The notes beneath the pieces are model-generated. The model was given only the letters and a program-made list of their open reading frames with translations, was not told the DNA's origin and searched no databases. Shown piece by piece: positions 37,905 through 51,565 of a DNA stretch of 64,000 bases. The stretch comes from Squalus acanthias. Lineage: Eukaryota. The stretch spans positions 122,018,001-122,082,000 of the forward strand of contig CM059431.1 of NCBI GenBank assembly GCA_030390025.1. Direction: 5' to 3'. How positions within the stretch are numbered: the stretch's first letter is position 1; each line of letters starts with the position of its first letter. Position numbers and translations under genes: made by a program.

Positions 37905-38140
37905 CATCGCCACATTGTCTCAATGGGCAAATGCACCATTTAGTGTAGTACTGAGCCAAGAAGACCAGGAAGATCCTCAATTCAGCATGTGGTCTATACT
38001 GAATTGATTAATCTGAGCCGCGGTGACAGATGAACTATATAACTGGTCTCAATATCACTGGCCAGGAAAAACTGCCAGGTTTCCATTTCTGCTCACTACT
38101 CAGATTCCCATGCTCAGAAGACATGTTTTCAGGTGAAGAC
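37905..38140 (+). mobile_element. Degenerate tRNA-like SINE
   Basis: Pol III-like head remnants (ctcaatggg...gtactgagcc...gaccaggaagatcc...ttc). Heavily mutated. Confidence 0.4.
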
Positions 38141-38303
38141 ATGGAATAATGACACCTTGGCCAAATGAGGAAATGTTAGAAAAACCTGGACTCATCACCC
38201 TGCAAAAGAAGAATGTGAAATTATAATTACATTATGAATGGGACAGTATAAAGCTATGTAAAATACTAAATATAAATTAAATCATGACTTATAGACATGG
38301 GCC

Positions 38304-38433
38304 ATGATGTGGAGATGCCGGTGTTGGACTGGGATGGACAAATGTGAGAAGTCGCACAACACCAGGTTATAGTCCAACAGCTTTATTTGAAATCATAAGC
38401 TTGCGGAGCTGCTGCTCCTTCATCAGGTGAAGT
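38304..38433 (-). mobile_element. Single-arm copy of the 18606-18880 Penelope-derived family; hammerhead core mutated (GAAA to GCAA)
   Basis: Closely matches 18602-18732. Inserted in an old CR1 fragment (38150-38570) with imperfect catggg..cat flanks. Confidence 0.85.
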
Positions 38434-38569
38434 CATGGGGGCATAGATACAACTGGTGAAGGTAAGTTATGGGGTAATGCAAGGACATTTCTTCACACAA
38501 AGAGATGTTAATACCTGGAATGGTCTTCTGGGTAGGATAATGGAGGCAAAAACTTTGAAGTCATTCAAG

Positions 38570-39035
38570 AACATAAGAATTAGGAGCAGGAGTAGGCCAT
38601 ATGGCCCCTCGAGCCTGCTCCGCCATTCAATAAGATCATGGCTGATCTTCGAACTCAACTCCACTTTTCCGCCCGATCTCCATATCCCTTGATTTCCCTA
38701 GAGTCCAAAAATCTATCTATCTCAACTTTCAATTTACTCAACGATTCAGCATCCACAGTTTTTTGGGGCAGAGAATTCCAAAGATTCACATCCCTCAGTT
38801 TTAAATGGCCGACCCCTTATCCTGAGACCATGCCCCCTAGTTCTAGACTCTCCAGCCAAGGGAAACAACCTCTCAGCATCTACCCTGTCAATCCCCTCAG
38901 AATCTTATATGTTTCAATGAGATCACCTCTCATTCTTCTAAACTTCAGAGAGTATAGGCCAAATCTACTCAATCTCTCCTCGTAGGAAAACGTTCTCATC
39001 ACAGGAAACAATCTAGTGAACCTTCGTTGCACCGG
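38570..39035 (-). mobile_element. CR1 LINE 3' fragment
   Basis: VQRRFTRL...RRMRGDLIETYKIL plus the CR1 3' UTR. Confidence 0.9.
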
Positions 39036-40191
39036 GACAGTTGAATGCTGTGATGGGAGATTGTAGGATTCTATGGAAGGATGAAGAAGGTCAGTCAAGT
39101 GGCTTTGCCATTTATGATCTTTGCAAAATAGCCCAACATTCAGAGGTAAATTTTATGATTTAGGAAATGGATCCTTGTTGTTTTGTGAGATTTGGAGGCA
39201 GACAGAAAGGGAATACAATAATTAACATGAATTAACCTGAGTCAAAATAAGAGGCCCTAAGCTCTGAAATTTCCTCCCCAAACCTTTTCACCTCTCCACC
39301 TCTCTCTCCTCCTTTAATTCAAGATGGATTCAAGATGGCTCCTGTGCTGGCAGCTCGTTTCTGAGCTGCTCTTCTCTGCAACTGTATCCGTGGTCATCCA
39401 TTGCCATCTTTTGCCCTTTCTTCCCCCAATCTCTTTCTTCCATTGCTTAAGATTCCCTACCTCTGATAGTGAAGGCATTTCAGCCCAAACTACAAGTTCA
39501 AACTACAAGTTTAAAGCTCCCCCTACAGAGTCCACTGTCCATCCCCCAGCGTGTCTTTGTTCTCACTGAGCTCTTTCAACTGCCGGAACTCAGCTGAAAC
39601 TTAACTTCCATCACTGGATTCCTCGTGAACAGGACTTTGTTGACTCAGTGGCTGTGGCGCTGCTCTGCTTTTCAGTCACTTCAAGTCTTATGCTGCGGTA
39701 TTCTTTTGTCAAATTGGTTTCTGATCTCCTGGGCTTCTCTGGACATCTTGACTACGTTTCTGCTTTGAACTACACTGGATTACACTAGGGGGGCGATTTT
39801 GCCAATTTGCGTTGGAGGCAGGACTGCTGCTTGTCAGGTTTTAGTCCCGCCTCCATCGACTTGTGGCCAACCCACGCTATTTTCCCTTGATTGACCTTGT
39901 TAAGCCTGCCCAGCGGGCTTAGCAGGCCAATTAAGGGGAAGCTGGTTACAGAGAACATCAGCGTATGACGTTTCATCAGTCAAAAATTTTTGACAGATGA
40001 ATTGTCATAGTTTGACAGCTCTGTGAAGCTGTCAAACACTGACATTCTATGTTGTTTGATGAGTCCTTGTATTCAAGACCTCATCAAACCTCTTTCTTTA
40101 GCAGAAATTAAATGGTCGTTGCATCGGAGAATGCAGCAGCCATCTGTCATCTCTGCTGGTGAGATGTGAGACTCTCCGCATCCCCAACTAT

Positions 40192-40505
40192 TCACAGAAT
40201 CACAGAATCCCCACAGTGCAGATAGAGGCCATTTCGGCCCATTGAGCCTGCACCAACACATATCCCACCCTATCCCCGTAACCCCACGTATTTAATCCCC
40301 CCTAACACTAAGGGTCAATCTATCATAGCCAAATCAACCTAACCCGCACATCTTTGGACTGTGGGAGGAAACCGGAGCACCCGGAGGAAACCCACGCAGA
40401 CACGGGGAGAATGTGCAAACTCCACACAGACAGTCACCCGGGGGCCGGATTCGAATCCGGGTCCCTGGCGCTGTGAGGCAACAGTGCTAACCACTATGCC
40501 ACCGT
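40192..40505 (-). mobile_element. HE1-like V-SINE, inside a Harbinger-like element starting at ~39788
   Basis: Reverse complement of the 10469-10767 SINE, with a (CACAGAAT)n tail. Confidence 0.9.
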
Positions 40506-41299
40506 GTTGCCCTTGAAGCCTGCAGGAAGCAACAAAGGCAAGTAAGCATTTTCTATCACTTTCCACTCACCTCACATACTTACCTCTCCACACTTGCACC
40601 CATCATTTACTTTCACAGCGCACTTTTGGAACTCTCCGACCCCCGCAGACCCACTGCTCACCTTGGTGACCCTGGCAGGGTTTCCCGACATTGGCAAGCC
40701 CAAGCCTCTCCTGGAAAAATGGGGATAATCCTCTTAACTGCCTGTTAACTACCTGTTAACTATCTTTCTGCACCGCTACTGACTCTCATTCCTATGGCAA
40801 CAACCTCCATCCTTGAACTCTCTACCCTTCAAATAGCTTCTGGACTTCATTCACCCGCTTTGGACATCGGTTCGTCGATGCTCCGTACCGGCCCCATCCT
40901 GCTTACGTCGGCATTGTCCTTCCATGAGACCTTTGACTTTAACCCTGGTCTCCCTACTATTGTCCCCAACCTATTTCCTGCTACCAGGAAATATGTATTC
41001 CATTAATTACTATGTAACCTGAGCTTCTCCCGTGTCCATTCGCGTGCGCACTTTGGCTGCCGCTCCGGACCCGAGCCATTCAATACTTTTCCACTTTTTC
41101 CCCCTCGTTTTCTTTTCTCCATATTCCTCCCTTGCTGCTCTCTCCTGTCATCATGCCTCCTTTAATCTCTCCTCTCTCGGATACTCTGCCTTCCCAAATC
41201 CCTACCCCAATCCTTCATTACTTTTCGACCTTCCTACTCTCCTGCCGCTGTCCCAGGCTTGACTCCCTCTTAGATAAGCCTACAGCTTTCCTCTGTGCC

Positions 41300-44200
41300 T
41301 CTCTTGGTTACCTACGAAGGGCCCATTGAGGCACGCATCGCTGCCTCCTCATGAGCAGCAACCCCAACTGTCCCATCCTACTCTCTCACTGACCTTCCCA
41401 CCCAACGTGCCCACTGGGAGCAAATCTTCCCAATCTCCTCCCCATCCAACACATCCTCCCCAGTGCTGACTCTGTGGACACTGGCAGTGGGTCAGCCATC
41501 ACCGACCCTCTCCGCATCTCCCTCCAGAATGTCCATTCACTTGTGAACAAGGCCCTTGCCATCCATGAGCTTATCGTGGATGATTGCATCGACATCATGG
41601 CCCTGACGGAAACTTGGTTGAGGGGTGATGACACCTTACCATTAAATGAAGCCTTCCTGCCTGGCTATACCTTCCACCACTTGCCCTGCTCAGACTGCCG
41701 TGGTGGCGGTGTGGCTCTCATTACCAAATCACACCTTGGTCTGTCCTCCTACTCCTCCGGCACTTTCTCCTCCTTTCAGCATCTCACCTTATTCCACCAC
41801 TCTCACCTCTCATTTAAAATTCTTGTTCTCTACCGCCCACCCAAGTACCACAAAAATGTTATCTTCACTGCTGTCCTCCCTCAGCCTCTGCACCGAACGA
41901 CTTCTCATCCTTGGTGATTTCAACCTCCATCTCAATTCATCATGCTCTCTCTCCTCTGACTTCACTAGCCTCCTATCCTCCCTTAATCACTCCCTCCATG
42001 TAAACTCCCCAACCCATATTCACAGCCATTCCCTTGATCTTGTCATCTCTTGTGGCCTCGCTACTCCCATCATGTCAATCGCAGATAAGGCTATCTCTGA
42101 CCACTTCCTCGTATCGCTCTCCACTCACATCCCACTTCCAACCACCCCCACCCCCTCCAACTCTACTTCCTTCTGTGTCCACCCCTGGAAAAAACACTCT
42201 CCCAACCCTTTTATAACTGCACTTATGAAAGCCCAACTGTCCAGCCTTTGGCTCTCCATTCACCATGACATTTCTGCAGCTACCGATCTGCTCAACCACA
42301 CCCTCATCACCATCTTTTATGTCCTATTTGATATTAAAAGAATTACTCTCTCTCATCCTGGCCACACACCCTGGTACGGCCCTCATCTTCACTCCCTTAA
42401 GTCCAAGGGACACAGAATTGAACGGATTTGGTGGACAACTGGTTTAGCCATTCACCGCCAGATCTGGCTGCACCACATAAAGCTTTATTGGGTCCTGCTC
42501 TCGTCTGCCAAACTTGCTCACTATTCCAGAATTATTCTGGAATACAAAGATAAACCCCAGCTCCTATTCGTACTGCTAACCATATTCTTAAACCCCTCTC
42601 CCCTGTCTGCTCCACCCTCACCTCCGACAACAAGTGAGAAGAGCTCATGGACTTCTTTGTCACTAAGATTGAGACCATCCATTTAACCGCCCCTGCTACT
42701 TCCCTTCCTTCCCGAGCTCACCAGGCCAAACTTCCTCTAAGGTTCCCTCCTGCCCTGGCCCTGAACTCACATCTTTCGCCAGTTTCTCTCCGCTCTCCCC
42801 TCATGACCTTTCTACGCTCATCTTGTCCATGAGACCCACCTCCTGCTCCCTCGACCCTATTCCCACCAAACTGCTGACCACCCAACTTCCTTTTCTGGCT
42901 CCCATGTTAGCTGACATTGTTAATGGTTCTCTCTCCTCAGGTACTGTCCCCCTCTCCCTCAAATCTGCTGTCATCACCCCTCTCAAAAAAACAACCCTTG
43001 ACCCCTCTGTCCTTGCAAACTATTGCCCCATCTCCACCCTCCCTTTCCTCTCCAATGTCCTAGAATGTGTTGTTGCCTCCCAAATCTGTGCCCATTTTTC
43101 CCGCAATGCCATGTTTGAATCCCTCCAATCAGGTTTCCGCCCTTGCCACAGTACCAAAACGGCTCTCATCAAAGTCACAAATGACATCCTTTGTGACTGT
43201 GACAAAGGTAAACTATCCCTCCTCATCCTTCTTGAATTGTCTGCAGCTTTTCACACAGTTGACCATGCGATCCGTCTCTAATGCCTCTCCACCGTCGTCC
43301 AGCTGGGTGGGACTTCACTCGCCTGGTTCCATTCTTATCTATCTAATCGTAGTCAGAGAATCACCTGCAACAGCTTCTCTTCCCGCTCCTGCATCTTTAC
43401 CTCTGGTGTCCCCCAAGGATCTATCCTTGGCCCCCTCCTACGTCTCATCTACATGCTGCCCCTTGGTGACATCATCCAAAAACACAGCGTCAGTTTCCAC
43501 ATGTATGCTGACGACACCCAGCTCTACCTTACCACCACTTCTATCGACCCCTCCACTGTCTCTAAATTGTCAGACTGCTTGTCTGACATCCAGTTCTGGA
43601 TGAGCAGAAATGTTCTCCAATTAAATATTGGGAAGACCGAAGCATTGTTTTCAGTCCTCGCCACAAACTCCATTCCCTAGCCGTTGACTCCATCCCTCTC
43701 CCTAACATCTGTCTGAGGCTGAACCACACTGTTCGTAACCTTGGTGTCATATTTGACCCTGAAATGAGCTTCCAACCACATATCTGCAGCATAACTAAGA
43801 CCGCCTATTTCCACCTCCGTAACATCGCCCGTCTCCGCCCTTGCCTCAGCTCATCCACTGCTGAAATCATCATCCATGTCTTTGTTACCTCTAGACTTGA
43901 CTATTCCAACGCATTCCTGGCTGGCCTCCCACATTCTACTCTACGTAAACTTGAGGTCATCCAAAACTCGGCTGCCCGTGTCCTAACTTGCACAAAGTCC
44001 CGTTCACCCATCACCCCTGTGCTCGCTGACCTACATTGGCTCCCGGTTAAGCAACGCCTCGATTTCAAAATTCTCATCCTTGTTTTCAAATCCTTCCAAG
44101 GCCTCGCCCTTCCTTATCTCTGTAATCTCCTTCAGCCCCACAACACCAACGGCCCCCCCCCCCGCCCCCCCGAGATATCTGCGCTCCTTTAATTCTGCCC

Positions 44201-44491
44201 TCTTGAGCATCCCTGATTATAATCGCTCAACCTTTGGTGGCCGTGCCTTCTGTTGCCTAGGCCCTAAGCTCTGGAATTCCCTGCCTAAACCTCACCGCCT
44301 CGCTACCTCTCTTTCCTCCTTTAAGACGCTCCTTAAAACCTACCTCTTTGACCAAGCTTTTGGATACCAGCCTTAATTTCTCCTTATGTGGCTCGGTGTC
44401 AATTTTTTTTGTCTTATCATACTCCTGTGAAGCCCTTGGGACATTTTACTACATTAAAGGTGCTATATAAATACAAGTTGTTGTTGTTATT
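41300..44491 (+). mobile_element. L2-clade LINE with near-complete disrupted ORF2 (APE + RT)
   Basis: LQNVHSLVNK..IMALTETWL, ILGDFN, SDH, QSGFRPCHST, GVPQGSILGP, YADDTQLY. 3' end gctatataaatacaagtt(gtt)n. The 5' boundary is approximate. Confidence 0.93.
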
Positions 44492-47400
44492 GTATAAATG
44501 CAAAGATTAGACAAGAGTGTAGCAAAGGTAGTGTGATTTTAATGGGGGATTTTAACTTTCATATAGATGGGGATAAACTGACTAGCACCTGTCAGAAAGG
44601 TAATTAATTTCTTTAGTGTGTCCAGGATAGTTTTCTCCAACAATATATCCTAGAGGCAACAAGGGGGCATGTCATATTAGATTTAGTAATGAGTAATGAG
44701 CCAGATTTAGTTAACTGCCTAACTGTGCGTGAACATTTATCCAATAGCAATCATAACATGATTGAGCTCAATGTAGCGTTTGAAAGGGTGAAACGCGATA
44801 CAGCTACTGAGATTCTAGATTTGGGTAAGGCCGACTTCAAAGGGATGAGACAGAGACTGTCCACAGTAAACTGGGCAAATCTATTAATAGATAAAATGAC
44901 AGAAGATCAGTGGGAGATGTTCAAAAAATAATTTAATGTGATACGGAGCCAGTTTATACCCCTGACGGGCAAGAGCTCTACTTGCCAAAAAAAACAGCCA
45001 TGGACAACTAAAGAGATAAGGGACAGCATAAAACTAAAAGAAAAAAGCATACAAAAATGCAAAATATAGCACAAATCCTAGCGAATGGGAAAGATACAAA
45101 GAACAGCAAAGGGTCACAAAACAGAAAGTAAGAGCTACAAAAAGGGAGTCTGAAAAGAAACTTGCAAGGGATATGCAAATCAACACTTTTTTTACAATTA
45201 TATTAGGAAAAAGAGGGTAGTCAGGAGTAATATTGACCCCTTAAAAACTGAAAGCGGTGATATTATCAATGATAATAAGGAATAATTACTTTGTGTCAAT
45301 ATTTACAGTAGAGGAAGAGGATAGCATGCCAGAAATCCCAAGGAAACAAAATCAGGGACTCAATGAAATTAATGTAAGTAAAATAACAGTAATGAAGAAA
45401 ATAATGGCACTAAAGAGTGACAAATCACCAGGACTAGATGGTTTCCATCCCAGGGATTTAAAGGAAGTAGGTGAGTACATTGCAGATGCTCTAATTATAA
45501 TCTTCCAAAGTTCTCTTGATTCAGGAACCGTTCCTTTAGATTGGAAAATTGTGCATGTCACTCCGCTATTTATGAATGGCGAGAGAGGGAAACCAAGGAA
45601 TTATAGACCAGTTAGCCTAACATCTGTTGTTGGGAAATTGCTAGAGTCAATGGGCACGAAATTCAGTTACGCCCCATTTAGGGGCAGTAATCGAATTTAG
45701 CGCCCGGTGTGGAAGTACTGCCGCAGCCACTAAGTTCGGCTTACCGCCCCACACAGAAAGTGGAGCGCAATCTCGGGCGCTCCACCTCCTGGTGGTGCGG
45801 TAACCGAGGTGATGTCGGGGCGCGATCGGCAGCGCTCTGCGGAGGCTCCGCGGTGCGCTGCCACTTTTCAATGCCCCTCCGCTCCAGTTAAAGGGGAGGG
45901 CTGCTGCGCACTCTGCACAGCATCCGATGGTCTCAACTAGGCCACCAGGGTGGCGTGGTGCCGGGCTGCACGATGGCTGCCAGCACTACTCCACTGCCCA
46001 CCACGGAGGGCCAACCTTGAGGTTGGCCAAAACCAGAAAATTGCGGTGTGGGTCGCGGCCACACCTCCCCTTTAAATACTGCCCCACGAGCGGAGGACCG
46101 CCCGTTCACGACCCACGAGGCTGGCGCTGACACCGCCTGTGATAACCTCGCGGGGCACAGCCGAATTTCTGCTGCAGGGCGGTAAGGGGTCACGGTGGGG
46201 CAGTAAGGGGTTGCGGCGCATGCCGTTGACATCATCGCTGGCTGCGGCCCGGGGTGCTACTGGCAGGACATGGCGCTATCGGGTAGCGCCTCAGCAATGC
46301 CTTGCTGAATTTCTCGGGAGGCGCTTTCCCCCCCCCGCCCCACCCCCCCGCAGGCAATAAGCCCTTTGCCGGAGGCGCTAATGGCAGGCAAAAAGGAGCC
46401 AAATTTCTAGCCCTATAATTAAGGATAGGGTGACTGAACACCTCGAAAATTTTCAGTTGAGCCAGGATGGATTTGTGAAAGGTAGGTCATGCCTGACAAA
46501 CCTGATTGAAATTTTTGAAGAGGAGACTAAAGTAGTGGACAGGGGAATGTCTACGGATGTTATTTATATGGACTTCCATAAGAGACTGTTAACTAAGGTA
46601 GAAGCCCATGGAGTTGAGGGCAAATTATTGACCTGGTTAGGAAATTGGCTGAGCGGCAGGAGACAGGCCGTAGGGTTAATGGGTTGGTACTCAAATTGGC
46701 AGAATGTGACTAGTGGTGTCCCGCAGGGATCTGTGTTGGGGCCTCAACTACTCATAGTATTTATTAATAACTTAGATGATGGCATAGAAAGTGCTATATC
46801 CAAATTTGCCAATGACACAAAGATAGGCGGCATTGGAGGTAGTGTAGATGAAAGCATAAAATTACAAAGGGATATCGACAGATTAAGTGAATGGGCAAAA
46901 CTATGGCAAATGGATTTCAATGTAAACCAATGTGAGGTCATCCACTTTGGACCTAAAAAGGATAGAACAGGGTACATTCTAAATGGTGAAAAGCTAAAAA
47001 CAGTGGCGGTCCAAAGAGACTTGGGGGTCCAGGTACATAGATCATTAAAATTTCATGAACAGGTACAGCAAATGATCAAAAAGACTAATGGGATGCTGGC
47101 CTTTATATCTAGAGGACTAGAATACAAGGGGGTAGAAGTTATGCTGCAGCTATACAAAACCCTGGTTAGACCATACCTGGAGTACTGTGAGCAGTTCTGG
47201 GCACCACACCTTGGAGGGAGTCCAGCGTCGGTTTACCAGAATGATACTTGGGCTTCAAGTATTAAGTTACAAGTAGTGATTACACAAATTAGGGTTGTAT
47301 TCCCTAGAATTTAGAAGATTAAGGGGTGATCTGATCGAAGTTTTCAAGATATTAAGGGGAACAGGTAGGGTAGACAGAGAGAAACTATTTCCACTGGTTG

Positions 47401-47712
47401 GGGATTCTAGGACTAGGGGCATAGTGTAAAAATTAGAGCCAGACCTTTCAGGAGTGAAATTAGGAAACACTTCTACACACAAAGGGTGGTAGAATTTTGG
47501 AATGTGCTTCCACAAATGCCAATTGATGCTAGATCAATTGTTAATTTTAAATTGGAGATTGATAGCTTTCTGTTAACCAAAGGTATTAAGGGATATGTGC
47601 CAAAGGCGGGTTATGGAGTTAGGTCGCAGATCAGCCATGATCTTATTGAATGGCGGAATAGGCTCGAGGGGATGATTGGCCTACTCCTGCTCCTATGTTC
47701 CTATGTTCCTAA
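44492..47712 (+). mobile_element. Degenerate CR1 LINE ORF2 (APE C-terminus through RT) + 3' UTR, split by a MITE
   Basis: GDFN, NHN, KSPGLDGFHPR, NYRPVSLTS, GVPQGSVLGP, and a (TTCCTATG)n tail. Confidence 0.93.
45652..46413. mobile_element. Harbinger-like GC-rich MITE inserted in CR1 ORF2
   Basis: GGGCACGAAATT...AATTTCTAGCCC termini with AAT/TAT flanks. The CR1 reading (KLLES|IIKDRVTEHL) resumes after it. Confidence 0.85.
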
Positions 47713-47929
47713 TACCAAGCTAAAACTTAAGCAAGCATGTTTCATTTTTGTTACATCCCTTATAAAATTTAAAAAGGGTGTCTATTGTAAGTTGCAGCTT
47801 GAATGCGTGTCCTTCTGAAGTATGAGCATATGCTGTAATCAATAACTCCAAGAAGAAATTGGTACCGTGATGGAAGAAATTGTAGGTTTCTGTGGAATGA
47901 TGAGCTAGATGGGTTAAATAGCTTCCTTC

Positions 47930-48120
47930 ACCTCTATTATTGTGAGGTGCTAATGGATGTGATTGGGTACCTGGTTCGCACACTAGGGTACCCTCCTCAG
48001 ATGACAGCAATACAGAATGCTTGGCAGGAGGTGGCATCCAGGCTGAATGCTGTGTACGGTACCTGCATGGACACAGAAGTGGAACAATATGGCAGATGTT
48101 AAGAAAACTGCCACGGTATG
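47930..48120 (+). pseudogene. Old Myb/SANT-like (Harbinger-type) fragment
   Basis: Peptide QNAWQEVASRLNAVYGT resembles the SANT/MADF helix. Confidence 0.35.
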
Positions 48121-48834
48121 GCTACACAACATAACCATATCTCAGCTGGCTGGACAAAATGTGCATGCCATAAATTTTGGCTGTCAACCCACTACACATT
48201 TACTGCCGGCCTTTGACAAGCCCTCAGACAACCTAACAGCTTTTTTATTGCTTTTTCCACTTCGCTATCCATCAAATAAAGGGGTTCTGGTATGCCATGC
48301 TGACTTTCTTAGCTTTCAATTTCTAAGAATCCTATTACTTTTACTAACATTTGCCAACCTTTTCTTGTTTTGTCTTTTAGGAATAATTAAATAAGTTTTT
48401 TTTTAGAATAAGGAATGCATACTTGTTAAAGCTGCTATTGCCTTCCCAAAAAACGTCCATCATTAACCTTGGTCACTCATGCTTCAAATGCATTTCGTTT
48501 CCCGGATATTTCTGTTTTATTATCAAGAAATGACATTTCACGGTGCGTGGCTTTGTTTGTGAACAGATTGTTAGCATTTTCAATCATCCAATGCCAGCTG
48601 CTTCATTTGTCAATCAATCTCGGAGCCATGATCTAGCATTGCGTGATTAATAAAACTGTGATTGGCACTGATGCCATTTTATTTGTAAACAAAGGAAAGC
48701 TCAAAGAAACATTGATCTGTGATGAAAAATGCAAATACCTTCTAAATGAGTTGTGTTAGCAAAGAGATTTTTGGTAGCCATCCAGATTTGAAAGACCACG
48801 TTTAAAATCAGAAAATCCTCATTATACTTCAGAT

Positions 48835-51565
48835 AGAATAGAATCATAGAATGATACAGCACGAAAGGAGGCCAGTCGGCCCATCGTGCCTGTGTCGGCT
48901 CTTTGTTGGAGCTATCCAATTAATCCCACTCCCCTGCTCTTTCCCCATCACCCTGTCTTTTATCCCATCAAGTACTTATCGAATTTCCTTTTGAATGTTA
49001 CTACTAAATCTGCTTCCAACACCCTTTCAGGCAGTGCATTTCAGCTTACAACAGCTCCCTGTGTTAAAAAAAATGTTTCCTCATGTCGCCTCTGGTTCAT
49101 TTGCCAATCACCTTAAATCTGTGTCATCTGGTTACCGACCCTTCTGCCACTGGAAACAGTTTCTCCTTATTTACTCTACCAAAACCATTTATGATTTTGA
49201 CCACCCCTATCAAATTTCCTCTTAACCTTTACTGTTCTAAGGAGAACAACACCAGCTTCTCCAGTCTCTCCACATAACTGAAGTCCCTCATCCCTGGTAG
49301 CATTCCAGTAAATCTCTTCTGTACCCTCTCCAAAGCTTTGACATCCTTCCCAAAATGTGGTGCCCATAATTGAACACAATACTCCAGCTGAGGCCTAACC
49401 AGTGTTTTATAAAGGTTTAACATAACTTGCTTGCTTTTGTACTCTATTCAACAACAACAACAACTTGTATTTATGTAGCACTTTTAACGTAGTAAAACAT
49501 CCCAAGGCACTTCACAGAAGCGTTATAAAACAAAATTTGACACTGAACCACATAAGGAGATATTAGGGCAGATGACCAAAAGCTTGGTCAAAGAGGTAGG
49601 CTTTAAGGAATGTCTTAAAGGAGGGAAGAGAGGTAGAGAAGCGGAGAGGTTTAGGGAGGGAATTTCAGAGCTTAGGGCCTTGGCAGCTGAAGGCACGGCC
49701 ACCAATGGTTGAGTGATTAAAATCAGAGATGCTCAAGAGGCCAGAATTAGAGGAGCACAGATATATCGGAGGGTTATGGGGCTGGAGAAGATTACAGAGA
49801 TAGGGTCATGGAGGGATTTGAAAACAAGAATGAGAATTTTAAAATCAAGGCGTTGCTTAACTGGGAGCCAATGTAAGTCAGCGAGCACGGGGTGAAGGGT
49901 GAACGGGATTGGTGCGAGTTCAGACACGTGCAGCAGGTTTTTGGATAAGCTCAAGTTTATGGAGGGTGGAACATGGGAGGCTGGTCAGAGAGCATTGGAA
50001 TAGTCAAGTCTAGAGGTAATAAAGGCACGGATGAGAGTTTCAGCAACAGATGGGCTGAGGCGGGGAGTGGGGGGGAGTCGGGTGATGTTCCAGAGATTTT
50101 AAATAGGCGGTGTTAGTGATAGCGTGGATATGTGGTCGGAAGCTCATTTCGGAGTCAAATATGACACTAAGGTTGCAAACTGTCTGGTTCAGCCTCAGAC
50201 AGTTGCCGAGGAGAGGGATGGAGTCAGTGGCTAGGGAACTGAGTTTGTGGAGGGGACCAAAGTCAATGGCTTCGGTCTTCCCAATATTTGATTGGAGGAA
50301 ATTTCTGGTCATCCAGTACTGGATGTCAGACAAGCAGTCTGACAATTTAGAGACAGATAAAGGGCTGGATTTTCATTGACCTGTGGAGGTGGGTTTGGAG
50401 GCGTGTGGGGGGTTAAAATTGCGAAAACTGGCGGGCGGGCACAAGTCCGCCTCCATCCCGCCTCCACGCAATTTTCATTAAATCATGTCTGCTGGTCCCG
50501 ACTCCGTCCCACCTCTAAGAGGCGGGATATGCTGTTAAGGCCCTTAACAAGCACTAAATTGCCTCTATAATGCCATTTTGAAAGGCCTTTGTGATTTTAA
50601 CCCTTTTTCTACGTGAAGCACGCCTGTTCTGAACCACGAATGTGAAACCTGGCAGGAGCACATTTGGATAGCTGACTATCAGCTGCAGGTCCACTATTAC
50701 AACGGAGATGTGATGAAGGAAGAAGGAGGAGGAGGAGGAGGAGGAGGCAGAATAGACATATCAGGGAGTGGTGGTGGAAAAATATCTGGGAGCAGACTTA
50801 GGGCTGCTGCTGCTCATTTTGCATCCAGGTCCTCTCACAGCAAAGGCCAGGCAGTCTTTGCAGACCTTCAATGCAGCAGCAATGATGACATCATCAGAGG
50901 CGACTTTCAGACTGAAACCACTAATTGGTTCATGGGTTCCCACATGCTGGAACTCAATTGCCCAATTAGGTGAAAATCGCATCAATTTCCCACATCCAAT
51001 TCCAGTCGGGTGGATAACACGAAAAGTGGATGACACAACCCCAGCTCGCCCCAGTATCAGAATCCAGCCCATAGTGTCTGGGTCCAGAGAGGTGATGATA
51101 ATTCCTCTATTAATAAAGCCAAGGATCCCATATGCTTTTTTTCAAGTCTTCTCAACTTGTCATGCCACCTTCAAAGATTTGTGCACATACACACCCAGGA
51201 TTCTCTTTTCTTCTCTTTTCCTGCACCCCCTTTAAAATTGTACCATTTTGTTCAAATTGCCACTCCTCATTTTTCCTACCAAAATATATCACTTCACACT
51301 TCTCTACATTAAATTTCATCTGCCACGTGTCTGCCCATTTTATCAGTCTGTCTATGTCGTCCTGAAGTCTGTTGCTATCCTTCGAGTTTTGTATCATAAG
51401 CAAAGTTTGAAATTATGCCCTGTATACCCAAGTCCAGGTCATTAATATATATCAAAAAGAGCAGTGGTCCTAATACTGAACCCTGGGGAGCACCACTGTA
51501 TACTTCCCTCCGGTCTGAAAAACAACTGTTCACCACTATTCTCTGCTTTCTGTCCCTTAGCCAAT
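48835..51565 (-). mobile_element. CR1 LINE 3' part interrupted by an L2 fragment (49450-51097, -), itself interrupted by a Harbinger-like MITE (50362-51070)
   Basis: CR1 sequence resumes at ~51100 (cctctattaataaagcc). L2 tail (AAC)n at 49450. MITE TIRs gggctggatt / aatccagccc. Confidence 0.9.
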
